Source: Patescibacteria group bacterium (lineage in GTDB: Bacteria; Patescibacteriota; Patescibacteriia; JBAZBY01). From it: a stretch of DNA of 64,000 nt. The notes beneath the pieces were generated by a model. It saw only the letters and a list, made by a program, of their open reading frames with translations, did not search any database and was not told where the DNA came from. The position numbers and the translations under genes are program-made. Shown here piece by piece: positions 38,231-47,287 of the stretch (within the stretch, counting starts at the first letter, position 1; every line of letters starts with the position of its first letter). The stretch lies in the NCBI GenBank assembly GCA_041671225.1, contig JBAZBY010000001.1, forward strand, positions 622,940 through 686,939, read 5' to 3'.

Positions 38231-38563
38231 ATGCGGCTTTCTGGGTTACAAAAAGATATTTTGAAACGCGCGGTATTATTTCGTGAACCACAGATAACCC
38301 GGGCACAGTTTGCAGCATATTATGAAAAGCCCGTTAAGGCGCTGAGTAAGGATCAACAGAATGCGCTTACCACGAGTCTTGAGCGATTGATCGATAAAGG
38401 GCTTCTTGTGGGATTCGGAAGGCGGACTCAAGAAAAATGGTTCATTGAATCGGTTCGGCTCACACCGCAAGGTCGTCGGATCGCTCGCCCACTTTTTGGC
38501 ACACAGGGCGCCTTATCACTTACGCGCCGCAGTAAGCCCGGCTCTGCCGGAAAGAAACACTAA
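38231..38563 (+). CDS. Hypothetical winged-helix-like protein
   Basis: SLERLIDKGLL...VRLTPQGR wHTH-like pattern; operon spacing with aspS. Confidence 0.65.
   Translation: MRLSGLQKDILKRAVLFREPQITRAQFAAYYEKPVKALSKDQQNALTTSLERLIDKGLLVGFGRRTQEKWFIESVRLTPQGRRIARPLFGTQGALSLTRRSKPGSAGKKH
38537..38551. repeat. 15-nt hairpin palindrome in frame near the 3' end of the wHTH-like gene
   Basis: CCCGGC-TCT-GCCGGA flanked by AAG on both sides; encodes PGSAG. Confidence 0.65.
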
Positions 38564-38574
38564 ACGACACACCT

Positions 38575-39237
38575 ATGGGAGTACCAAAACAATTGCAGAA
38601 GCATTTGGATGAATCGAACGCAGAGTATGATGTTGCAGAACATCGTACCGTCTTTACTGCGTATGACCTCGCCCAGACATTGCGCCGCGACTTGGCAGAC
38701 ATCGCAAAGACGCTGCTCATCAAAACAGAAGAAGGTTTGAAACTCGTTGTGGTTCCGGCATCCAAACGCTTGAATCTTGTTAAGTTAAAGAAGGCATTAG
38801 GTGTAAAAAAGCTTTCTATTGCGTCTGAGAAGGATATGCAGAAGGCATATGGCGTGAAGCCCGGCGCCATCCATGCATTTGGTTCTGTTTTGAAGGGAAC
38901 GCCCGTGGTGGTGGATCGTGCGCTTGCAAAGGCAAAAGAGTTGGTTTTTCCAACAGGAAGCTTCACAGATTCACTGCGCATGAAGGCAAAGATATATCTT
39001 TCGCTTGAAAATCCTGTGATCGCAAGTTTCACCGATGCGGCAAAATTAAAACTCACCGCAAAGAGCGCCGCAGACCGCGCAAAGGGGAAGAAGAAGCATA
39101 AGAAGGGCAAAGGGCCGCGTAAAGCAGGAACCGTTTCTCGCAAAAAGAGCGCATCAAAGTCCGGCAAAGCCGGATCCGGCTCTGCCGGAAAAAAGTCGGT
39201 GACAAAGGTCACAAAACGCAAAACCCGAAAACGCTAA
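38575..39237 (+). CDS. YbaK/EbsC (aminoacyl-tRNA editing) family protein with a Lys-rich C-terminal tail
   Basis: H..VFTA.DLA, IAKTLL, LVVVPA, IASE, GVKPGAI..FG. Confidence 0.85.
   Translation: MGVPKQLQKHLDESNAEYDVAEHRTVFTAYDLAQTLRRDLADIAKTLLIKTEEGLKLVVVPASKRLNLVKLKKALGVKKLSIASEKDMQKAYGVKPGAIHAFGSVLKGTPVVVDRALAKAKELVFPTGSFTDSLRMKAKIYLSLENPVIASFTDAAKLKLTAKSAADRAKGKKKHKKGKGPRKAGTVSRKKSASKSGKAGSGSAGKKSVTKVTKRKTRKR
39160..39189. repeat. 30-nt double-hairpin palindrome in frame within the YbaK tail
   Basis: TCCGGC-AAA-GCCGGA TCCGGC-TCT-GCCGGA; encodes SGKAGSGSAG. Confidence 0.85.
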
Positions 39238-39944
39238 TGCGCACTGTCCAGCTTTCACAGTTTCATGGTCCATTAGATCTTCTTCTTACGCTTATTGAAC
39301 GCGAGAAGTTGGATATCAGTGAGATTGCTCTAGCACAGGTCACAGAACAGTATCTTGGTTTTTTGACCGCAGCGGAGGAGATGGACGTTGAGGATCTCGC
39401 TGATTTCCTCGTTGTCGCTGCGCGGTTGCTCGTCATCAAATCTCGGGCGTTACTGCCAATGCTCACCGAGGAAGACGAAGATGCGGTTGATCTGGAGCGG
39501 CAGTTGAAAATTTACAAGGAGTATTACGATGCGGCGCAGGTCATGGCCGGCATGCTTCACAAGCATCGTTTCACATATGGGCGCGAAACAGCCGTACGGA
39601 TTGAGGCGCAGTTCTCGCCTCCGCCAAAACTTAAGGTGGATGGACTGCACGCTTCACTCTTGCATGTTCTGAAGCAGTTGGAACCGATTGTGCTCTACCG
39701 CGATGAAGCAACCATCAAACGCACGGTTTCACTGCGGGAAAAGATTGCACACATTCATAGTCTTCTTATGCAGAGCGAGAGTCTGGATTTCCACAACCTT
39801 CTTGAACGCGCAGAAAGCCGCACCGATGTTATCATTACCTTTCTTGCTATTCTAGAACTGGTAAAGCAGCAGCACGTGGTCGTGCAACAACAAAATATGT
39901 TCGATTCATTTCGCATAGATAAGCACAACGCAGAACCTTTATGA
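39237..39944 (+). CDS. scpA: Segregation and condensation protein A
   Basis: F.GPLDLLL.LI, DFLVVAARLLVIKSRALLP, TFLAILEL. Confidence 0.95.
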   Translation: MRTVQLSQFHGPLDLLLTLIEREKLDISEIALAQVTEQYLGFLTAAEEMDVEDLADFLVVAARLLVIKSRALLPMLTEEDEDAVDLERQLKIYKEYYDAAQVMAGMLHKHRFTYGRETAVRIEAQFSPPPKLKVDGLHASLLHVLKQLEPIVLYRDEATIKRTVSLREKIAHIHSLLMQSESLDFHNLLERAESRTDVIITFLAILELVKQQHVVVQQQNMFDSFRIDKHNAEPL

Positions 39945-40564
39945 AACTCAAAGCGCAACTCGAGAGTATTCTTTTCATGAGTCCCGACCCGCTCAGTACC
40001 AAGAAGCTTGCAGTGATAACGCAGCACAAGCCCGAAGATATTGAAAAAGCTCTGGATGAACTTGGCAAGGATATTGCGGAGGGCGAACGTGGCGTGCTCC
40101 TGCAACGCACCGGTAAGGAAGTGCAGCTGACCTCACATCCAGATGCGGCAAAGCTTGTGGAGCAGTTTATTAAATCTGAAATGACCGGAGAACTCACTCG
40201 TCCGCAGCTGGAAACATTGACCATTGTCGCCTACCGAGGACCCATTGGGAAAATGGAGCTTGATCAGATTCGCGGCGTGAACTGCGCGCTTATTCTGCGC
40301 AATCTTTTGATTCGCGGTCTTATCACGCGCGGTGAGGTGGCGAAGGAAATCTATGAGTATGAAATCTCAATGGATTTCTTGCGTCATCTTGGCCTTTCAT
40401 ATGTACGCGAGCTCCCGAATTATGAGACGCTCTCAAGTCATGAATTGATTGAAGAGATGCTGAAGAAGCAGGAAGAGCGCGAAGCGGCGCAAGCAATGGA
40501 TGTCCCGCAGGAGATAAATGGATCGGCAGCAGAGGAAACCGCAGAAGGGGCATTGACGACATAG
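39941..40564 (+). CDS. scpB: Segregation and condensation protein B
   Basis: LESILF, LETLTIVAYRGP, IRGVN, FLRHLGL..V.ELP. Confidence 0.95.
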   Translation: MKLKAQLESILFMSPDPLSTKKLAVITQHKPEDIEKALDELGKDIAEGERGVLLQRTGKEVQLTSHPDAAKLVEQFIKSEMTGELTRPQLETLTIVAYRGPIGKMELDQIRGVNCALILRNLLIRGLITRGEVAKEIYEYEISMDFLRHLGLSYVRELPNYETLSSHELIEEMLKKQEEREAAQAMDVPQEINGSAAEETAEGALTT

Positions 40565-40565
40565 T

Positions 40566-41060
40566 ATGCTTGCCGCACTGGAACACGCTATTTTTTCTGC
40601 AGCCAATCCGATACTTGCGACCTTCTTATGGTCCATGCTTCCTGTAACAGAATTGCGCGCGACCATCCCGCTCGCCATCACCGCATATGGACTTTCCTCA
40701 TGGACCGCGTATGCTTTATCCGTTTTTGGAACGAGTACCATTACTTTTCTACTGCTTTTGCTGCTGGATCCTGCGGTGCGCCTGCTCCGACATATCGGTT
40801 TTATCGATCGCTTCATGCATTGGCTTTTTGCACGCACGCGTACGCGTTTCACCAAGGAGTCGGAACGATATGGCTTCTTCCTCGCCCTTGTTATCTTTGT
40901 TGCCATTCCATTGCCGGGGACAGGAGGCTGGACAGGCGCGTTGATCGCCTATCTCTTTGGCATTCCGCTGTGGCGCGCATTTGCCGCGATCACGCTGGGG
41001 CTCGTCCTTTCCGGATTCATCGTCCTTGCAATCACCAACGGCACACTCGCCATTTTCTAA
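40566..41060 (+). CDS. Putative small multi-drug export family membrane protein (COG2426-like)
   Basis: SMLPVTELRATIP, FVAIPLPGTGGWTG. Confidence 0.85.
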   Translation: MLAALEHAIFSAANPILATFLWSMLPVTELRATIPLAITAYGLSSWTAYALSVFGTSTITFLLLLLLDPAVRLLRHIGFIDRFMHWLFARTRTRFTKESERYGFFLALVIFVAIPLPGTGGWTGALIAYLFGIPLWRAFAAITLGLVLSGFIVLAITNGTLAIF

Positions 41061-41066
41061 AAAAAC

Positions 41067-42002
41067 ATGTCAATGAAGAGTTCAAAAAAATCCACATCAT
41101 CCTTCCGCCCTCTTCTGATGGCAAATTGGAAGATGAGTCTCCTACATAGCGAGGCAACGCGCGTCGCAAAGACATTTGTAAAAATGAGCACCAGCCTGGC
41201 TGAAGATGTTGATCTTATTATATGTCCAACGTTTACATCTCTTTCAGCCGTTGGGCGGGTACTTCAGGATACGCATATTGCACTTGGGGCGCAGGATGTC
41301 TTTTGGGAAGAGAAGGGGAGTTACACTGGTGAGGTTTCTGTTGCTCAATTAATGGAACTCGGTGTGACGCATGTCATTCTTGGACACTCAGAACGCAGGC
41401 AGCATGTCGGTGAAACGAATGACATCGTGAATCGGAAGCTTCTTGCGGTTGTTCGTCATGGTCTCACGCCAATTCTTTGTGTTGGTGAGACAACAGAGGA
41501 GCGTCGAACTGGTCAGCAAGATCGCATTGTTTCAGAGCAGATTCGCCGCGCATTTCAAAATGTTCGTCCGCCATCTGGCAATCAGCAGTTTGTTGTTGCG
41601 TATGAGCCAATTTGGGCAATTGGAAGCGGGGAGCCCTGTGACCCGCAGGAAGCCGTGCGTATGGCAGAAGTGATTCACTATGCGCTGCTGGAGCTTTACG
41701 ATGAGCATGTTTTGCGTGATACTATTCGTATCACCTATGGCGGATCCGTGACTGCGGTGAATGTCCGTTCATATATTGGTCCCACTGCAATGCATGGCGC
41801 GCTCGTTGGTGGCGCGAGTCTTGATCCCGATTCCTTTCTTGCTATGACTGAAGCAGTTGCCCCACGAGATGTCTTTGTAGCATCAGCGCGCGTACCACAT
41901 AAACATTCTTCAACGAATGCACAAAGACATCAACAAAAGCAAAGAAGAGTATTTTCACAACGCCGCAGAACGCAAACTCGTTCGCGTCGTACTAAGAAAT
42001 AA
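41067..42002 (+). CDS. tpiA: Triosephosphate isomerase with a basic C-terminal extension
   Basis: ANWKM, GHSERR, CVGE, AYEPIWAIG, YGGSV, LVGGASL. Confidence 0.96.
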   Translation: MSMKSSKKSTSSFRPLLMANWKMSLLHSEATRVAKTFVKMSTSLAEDVDLIICPTFTSLSAVGRVLQDTHIALGAQDVFWEEKGSYTGEVSVAQLMELGVTHVILGHSERRQHVGETNDIVNRKLLAVVRHGLTPILCVGETTEERRTGQQDRIVSEQIRRAFQNVRPPSGNQQFVVAYEPIWAIGSGEPCDPQEAVRMAEVIHYALLELYDEHVLRDTIRITYGGSVTAVNVRSYIGPTAMHGALVGGASLDPDSFLAMTEAVAPRDVFVASARVPHKHSSTNAQRHQQKQRRVFSQRRRTQTRSRRTKK

Positions 42003-42011
42003 ATAGCATCT

Positions 42012-43022
42012 ATGCCTACACCTATTCGTATTGGGATCAATGGCTTTGGACGCATCGGCCGCAGCGCGTTTAAAGTTGCTTTTGAGAAAAAGAATTGCGA
42101 GATTGTCGCTATTAATGATCTTTCTGATAATAAGGCGCTTGCGCATCTTTTGAAATATGATACTGCGTATGGCCGTTACAACCACGAGGTGGCTTCAACA
42201 AAGACCCAGCTTGTCGTTGATAAAAAGAAAATTCCCGTAACTGAATTCAAAGAGCCTGATAAGATTCCATGGAAGAAATATAAGGTCGATGTCGTTTTGG
42301 AATGCACAGGAAGATTTCTTGATGCCGAGGGCGCAGCAGGACATATCAAGGCAGGAGCAAAGCGCGTCGTGCTCTCTGCGCCCGGCAAAGGCGAGGGAAT
42401 ACAGACACTCGTTCTTGGTGTGAATGAAAAGGATGATAAAGGGGAAGCGATTATCTCCAATGCGTCCTGCACCACAAATTGTATTTCTCCGGTTGCGTAC
42501 CTCCTGAACAAGCATTTTGGCGTGAAGAAGGCAATGATGACAACCGTCCATTCCTATACCACAGACCAGGTACTGCAGGATAATGCACATAAAGATCTAC
42601 GGCGCGCACGTGCGGCAGCACAGAATATCATTCCGACCACAACAGGTGCGGCTATCGCAACCACAGAGACCATCCCAGAGCTCAAAGGAAAGTTTGACGG
42701 TTTGGCCATTCGTGTCCCAACCATCACCGTTTCACTCTCGGATTTCACCTTTCTTCTCAAGAAAAAAACAACCGCAGCACAGGTCAATAATGTCTTTAAG
42801 CGCGCGGCAGCCAATCCCTACTACAAAGGTATTCTTGCCGTCACAAACGAGCCGCTCGTTTCATCAGATTTTATTGGTGACCCGCATTCCAGCACGATTG
42901 ATCTTGGTCTCACAAAGGTTGTTGATGGGGATATGGTCAAAGTGATTGCGTGGTATGATAATGAGTGGGGTTACTCGAATCGATTGGTCGAAATGGCTAT
43001 TGGAGCTATTAAAAAGGCATAA
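42012..43022 (+). CDS. gap: Glyceraldehyde-3-phosphate dehydrogenase type I
   Basis: GINGFGRIGR, SNASCTTNC, NIIPTTTGAA, WYDNEWGYS. Confidence 0.98.
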   Translation: MPTPIRIGINGFGRIGRSAFKVAFEKKNCEIVAINDLSDNKALAHLLKYDTAYGRYNHEVASTKTQLVVDKKKIPVTEFKEPDKIPWKKYKVDVVLECTGRFLDAEGAAGHIKAGAKRVVLSAPGKGEGIQTLVLGVNEKDDKGEAIISNASCTTNCISPVAYLLNKHFGVKKAMMTTVHSYTTDQVLQDNAHKDLRRARAAAQNIIPTTTGAAIATTETIPELKGKFDGLAIRVPTITVSLSDFTFLLKKKTTAAQVNNVFKRAAANPYYKGILAVTNEPLVSSDFIGDPHSSTIDLGLTKVVDGDMVKVIAWYDNEWGYSNRLVEMAIGAIKKA

Positions 43023-43059
43023 TTGCTTTAAACGCAGTTATCCACACCATTGAAAGGGG

Positions 43060-43248
43060 GTGACAAACAACGTGATGGGTTTAAATAATAAAGTACTTGC
43101 CGAGGCATTCTTCTGGTTTGCCATTACCACGGCAATCTTTGGCGTTGCAACACAGCTTTCTCAGCAGCTTATCTTTGCGAGTCCGTTTTTCTACATCGAG
43201 CTTGCAATGTTTGGTATGCTCGGAGCAATCTACACCAGCCGCAAATAG
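43060..43248 (+). CDS. Small two-TM hypothetical membrane protein
   Basis: 62-aa hydrophobic ORF preceded by GAAAGGGG; true start may be ATG 43075. Confidence 0.45.
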   Translation: MTNNVMGLNNKVLAEAFFWFAITTAIFGVATQLSQQLIFASPFFYIELAMFGMLGAIYTSRK

Positions 43249-43274
43249 GGCGGACGGTTCATGTATCCTGTCTA

Positions 43275-43411
43275 CTCGCCTCGTCGCGAAGCGGGCCGGC
43301 AGGCAGGCTTGCCCCCACCCTGTACCAGTCGCCTTTGGATCCGGTACAGGGCTATGCCTTTAGGGTGCTTTTGTATAGAGCTTGCCCGGCACCTAGCGCG
43401 CAGCGAGGAGT
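43275..43411. repeat. Structured palindromic element upstream of the tRNA-Glu promoter
   Basis: Nested stems CCTCG/CGAGG, GCCGG/CCGGC, GGCAGGCT/AGCTTGCC and inner CCCTGTACC/GGTACAGGG. Confidence 0.55.
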
Positions 43412-43514
43412 GGCGCGGGGTTGACGCCCGCAAAAACTTTGGGTAGCCTGTCATGGCTACTTTTTTGCGGCTCGTCCGCTTCGCCAAAGGTGAGTGAGAC
43501 GAGGCACGCAACGT

Positions 43515-43589
43515 GGCCCCATCGTCTAATGGTTAGGACGCCAGGTTCTCATCCTGGTAATAGGGGTTCGATTCCCCTTGGGGCTACCA
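43515..43589 (+). tRNA. tRNA-Glu(CTC)
   Basis: Acceptor GGCCCCA/TGGGGCT, anticodon arm CCAGG-TT-CTC-AT-CCTGG, T arm AGGGG-TTCGATT-CCCCT, ACCA end; promoter TTGACG-N17-TAGCCT at 43421-43449. Confidence 0.96.
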
Positions 43590-43775
43590 TACATACGGCC
43601 GCCATTCATGTGGCGGGCGGATGTATGGTATTCTTAGAAGGAGAATCGAACGGGCAGAAGCGAGACAAGCCGCTTGCCAAAGGCGCGGCGTAGGCGAGCG
43701 ATCGGTTCATGCAAGCACGCGCAGCATGAACCGCTGCCCAGGACAACGAGCCCGCCAAACAGCGGGCGAGGCGGA

Positions 43776-43794
43776 ATTCCCCTTGGGGCTACCA
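43776..43794 (+). repeat. Exact 19-nt duplicate of the tRNA-Glu 3' end
   Basis: ATTCCCCTTGGGGCTACCA identical to 43571-43589. Confidence 0.92.
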
Positions 43795-43841
43795 CTACAA
43801 AACGTTCCGACATTTCCCCAGATTTTTCATGGGCGCGGTTT

Positions 43842-43981
43842 GCGGCTGCAAAGGCTGCGGGATGTGGTGCATTGCCATCAAGAATCCATACACGCCTGCA
43901 CAGGACCTTTTCCGCGCCGACCTCGTGCTGGATTCGCTGGAAAATATGAATGAAACAATTCTTGCGCGCATTTCGGAGTGA
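43842..43981 (+). pseudogene. C-terminal fragment of a HAD-family hydrolase with a 1-nt frameshift
   Basis: AAKAAG | MWCIAIKNPYTPAQDLFRADLVLDSLE read across a frameshift at about 43860; no 5' part present. Confidence 0.65.
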
Positions 43982-44031
43982 TTGATACGCGCGTCACAAA
44001 TACGGCAGATTTCATGTATAATACAAAAGCT

Positions 44032-44220
44032 ATGCCAGAAATCATCAATACCTATCTCCTCACCGACCCGGAAACCGCGCTCCCGATGAATCGAGACGAT
44101 TTTTATGCTGAGCAGATTGCTGCCTTTAAAAAGGATGGAAAACCGACGCGGGCGAATGATGTTGTGCAGGTCTTTCTCTTCAGGTCGAACGGAGAATTAC
44201 TCGTTTAAAAACGCGCAACG
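44032..44220 (+). pseudogene. Truncated NUDIX/IDI-like gene
   Basis: VVQVFLFRSNGELLV*KR matches the N-terminal 'V.VF.FNS.GELLLQKR' pattern with TAA in place of CAA; no Nudix box follows. Confidence 0.6.
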
Positions 44221-44341
44221 GAATCGCTTGTCGCCGCTTGCCGCTTTTGCGCTAGGCATGTAGGCCACGCCCTTGAAAAATTGCCAAAACGAGATAGCAT
44301 GAAGGGTATGGAATTAGAGCAACACTTCTCACGAGTCGAAC

Positions 44342-45271
44342 ATGCCGATATTTAGTTCGATCCTTGCCATTGCTGGCCTTTCGCTTTTTGAGACCATCAG
44401 CAGCATCGATAATGCGGTGATCAATGCCGAGGTGCTCTCCACCATGAGCCAGCGCGCACGGCGTTGGTTTCTCGTGTGGGGGCTCTTGTTCGCTGTGTTC
44501 ATCATCCGCGGTTTCCTGCCGTGGGCGATCGTTTGGGCGACCTCGCCCTCGCTCGGGCCCATCGGCGCGTTCACGGCATCGTTCAGCGGTGACCCGAAGG
44601 TCCACGCGGCCATTGAAGCATCAGCGCCGATCCTGCTTGCGGGCGGCGGCATTTTTCTCGTCTTTCTATTCTTCCACTGGCTCTTTTTGGAGCAGAAGAA
44701 CTTCGGCCTTCCGGGCGAGCGGTTCTTCATGCGCCAGGGTGTGTGGTTTTACACGGTGGTGTCCGTCATTCTTCTGGTGTCCGTGACTCTCGCCATTCGC
44801 ATGAATCCTTTGATGGCGCTCGGTGCCGTGGCCGGCTCCACGGCATTCTTCATCACGCACGGGTTCAAAGAGCAGGCGGAGAAGCAGGAGAAAGAGCTCA
44901 TGAAGCAGCACCTCTCCGATGCGAGTAAGATATTGTATCTTGAGGTCATTGACGCGACATTCTCCATTGACGGCGTGCTTGGCGCCTTCGCATTCACGCT
45001 GTCCGTGCCGCTCATCATCCTCGGCAACGGCCTTGGCGCAGTGATCGTGCGGCAACTGACCATCGGCAACATCTCGCGCATCAAGCGCTATCCCTTCCTC
45101 AAGAACGGCGCCATGTATTCCATCCTCGTGCTGGGGAGCATCATGCTACTGGATGCCTTTGGCTTGCACATCCCGCAATGGCTCTCCCCGGTGGTGACCT
45201 TCGTGACCATCGGCTATTTCTTCTGGAGATCCGTGCGCACAGGCCCGGCTCCCATACAAACCGCATCGTAA
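44342..45271 (+). CDS. DUF475 (TerC-related) membrane protein
   Basis: SIDNAVINA.VL..M, FLVWG, LYLEVIDATFSIDGVLGAFA, YPFLKNGAMYSI. Confidence 0.88.
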   Translation: MPIFSSILAIAGLSLFETISSIDNAVINAEVLSTMSQRARRWFLVWGLLFAVFIIRGFLPWAIVWATSPSLGPIGAFTASFSGDPKVHAAIEASAPILLAGGGIFLVFLFFHWLFLEQKNFGLPGERFFMRQGVWFYTVVSVILLVSVTLAIRMNPLMALGAVAGSTAFFITHGFKEQAEKQEKELMKQHLSDASKILYLEVIDATFSIDGVLGAFAFTLSVPLIILGNGLGAVIVRQLTIGNISRIKRYPFLKNGAMYSILVLGSIMLLDAFGLHIPQWLSPVVTFVTIGYFFWRSVRTGPAPIQTAS

Positions 45272-45649
45272 ATGGAATATTCAAAGCATATCGGCCTTCC
45301 CGCGCGCTTCAAGCGGGTTGCCCCATTGCCCACGGGTACACGCATTGGTTATGCGTTTGCACTGGCCATTGGTTTTGGGATTGCAGCGGCCGCGCTCTTT
45401 AAAAACCTGCAGCCGCCAGAAGCATTTGACAGCTTTGGCGGCATTGCGGTCGGCATGCTCATGCTTTTCATTGGATTTTTAGTTTTTCTTGTGACAGTGT
45501 TCGTCGCGCCTGTGCAATTCAAGCGGTATACGAATGGAACGGCGGTGTTGATGACGCTAGCGTGGGACATTGTTATTGCGCTGGTATTGCTCATAGTGTA
45601 TTTTGGACTCGAGTTGCTCGGGTCATCTGAAATACGCACCATTCAATAG
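45272..45649 (+). CDS. Hypothetical three-TM membrane protein
   Basis: Hydrophobic ORF starting immediately after the DUF475 stop codon. Confidence 0.6.
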   Translation: MEYSKHIGLPARFKRVAPLPTGTRIGYAFALAIGFGIAAAALFKNLQPPEAFDSFGGIAVGMLMLFIGFLVFLVTVFVAPVQFKRYTNGTAVLMTLAWDIVIALVLLIVYFGLELLGSSEIRTIQ

Positions 45650-45736
45650 GATATTTTTTTAACCTGTGCGCATGTGGAGCCGCAGTTCCCCCCTTGTCGG
45701 GCGAATTTTGCTATACTGTATTCGTTATACCACCAT

Positions 45737-46819
45737 ATGAAATTCAATCCATCGTCATATCTTTCCGTTCTGCGCAAGGCCACAAAACGCCCTGGCCCGC
45801 GCCCCGGTGCGGAACTTGTTCCGGTGAAGAAGACCGGTATCCCCACCACGATCCATCGGATGACGTATTCCCCGGAGCAGGTGACGGAAGAGGACGTGAA
45901 GGATCCCTCGGTATTGCATCGTCCCCGAGGCAGTGGCGTGCAGTGGATCGATGTGGCCGGACTGGAAGATATTGCAACTTTGGAAAAGGTCGCCGCCGCA
46001 TTCCACTTGCACTCGCTTGTCCTTGAGGACATCGTCCACACGAATCAACGGCCCAAGTTCGAGCGCTACGATGACATCATCTATATCGTCGCGCGCATGC
46101 TCACCATAGACCCGAAGACATCGGAGATCGCGGAAGAACAGGTGAGCATCGTCCATGGCAAAGGGTTCGTGATCCTCTTTCAGGAGAACCCCGGAGATAT
46201 CTTTGAGGACCTGCGCAATCGGATCCGGGCGAATGTCGGTCGGGCGCGCATGTCCGGTGCGGACTACCTGGTCTATTCCTTGCTCAGCACGCTCGTGGAC
46301 AGCTTTTATGATATCCTTGAGGAGATCGGCGAGCAGACGGAGTTCTTTGAGGAAAAGATCATCGCAGAACCGAACCGGAACGTCATCGGGGGGATCCACG
46401 ATCTGAAACAGCAGATCATCGTCCTGCGCCGTTCCATATGGCCCATCCGCGAGGTGGTTCTGCGCCTTCTGGATGAAGACCCCGGCTTGTTCCATAAAGA
46501 GACGCGGTTCTTCCTCCGCGATGTGGGCGACCATGCCATTCAGGCTGTGGACACAGTGGAAACGTACCGCGATCTGCTTTCCGGCCTCACCGACCTGTAC
46601 GTCTCCAGCATCTCCAACCGTACCAATGAGGTGATGAAGGTGCTCACCATCATCGCGACCATCTTCATTCCCTTGACGTTCATCGTCGGCCTCTACGGCA
46701 TGAACTTCAGGTACATGCCGGAACTTGAGCAGCGGTGGGGTTATCCCGCCATCCTCATTCTGATGTTCATCATTGCAATGGGCATGCTTGGGTACTTCAA
46801 GCGCAAGCGCTGGTTCTAA
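45737..46819 (+). CDS. corA: Magnesium/cobalt transporter CorA
   Basis: WIDV.GL, LEDI...QRPK.E, NEVMKVLT, GLYGMNF..MPEL. Confidence 0.95.
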   Translation: MKFNPSSYLSVLRKATKRPGPRPGAELVPVKKTGIPTTIHRMTYSPEQVTEEDVKDPSVLHRPRGSGVQWIDVAGLEDIATLEKVAAAFHLHSLVLEDIVHTNQRPKFERYDDIIYIVARMLTIDPKTSEIAEEQVSIVHGKGFVILFQENPGDIFEDLRNRIRANVGRARMSGADYLVYSLLSTLVDSFYDILEEIGEQTEFFEEKIIAEPNRNVIGGIHDLKQQIIVLRRSIWPIREVVLRLLDEDPGLFHKETRFFLRDVGDHAIQAVDTVETYRDLLSGLTDLYVSSISNRTNEVMKVLTIIATIFIPLTFIVGLYGMNFRYMPELEQRWGYPAILILMFIIAMGMLGYFKRKRWF

Positions 46820-47287
46820 GCTTTTTCCAAAGACCCCGCGGCGCTTTCCTTCCTGACCTACGCCCGTTTTTCTGTACAATATTGTATTGTACTGCAGAAG
46901 AGGAGAATCATTCACCCGGCTACGAAAGCACGCCGCGCAGGATGCATGGCATGAGGAATGACAAAATTGAGAAGGGCTAAGTGGTGGAGAAACGCGAGTG
47001 CCCATCAAATGCAGAGTTCTATAATTTTCTCCTCTTTGATTTTTGCTACACTATGCAGGTATAAGCACGACAAAAGTACCACTATGGAAAAACCAAATCG
47101 TGAGATTCAGATAAACAAGGCATCCATTGCAGTCTCATTCACTGGACTCATGACAGTGGTTTTCATCTAACGGAGTTCTAAGGCAGTCGGAATTCCCCTT
47201 GGCAATACCATGTGACGACTGTGTTTATTCAAAGCGCGTAGCGGCATTTCTGTTTGATTACGTATTGTGCCTTTCTAAGTCGATACA

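Larger units (their letters stand above)
43795..47210. mobile_element. Putative tRNA-Glu-anchored genomic islet (no integrase visible)
   Basis: Bounded by the tRNA-Glu 3' repeat at 43776-43794 and a degenerate copy ATTCCCCTTGGCAATACCA at 47192-47210 (16/19); contains two pseudogenes and visibly C/G-ending codons in DUF475 and corA. Confidence 0.6.

Noticed and set aside
44206-44208. Stop-codon recoding or readthrough in the NUDIX-like ORF
   Set aside because: The stop is TAA, the similarity ends a few codons later, and TGA/TAA/TAG all terminate conserved genes normally elsewhere, so pseudogenisation is simpler and code 25 is not supported.
45755-47008. 417-aa minus-strand ORF
   Set aside because: Antisense shadow of corA.
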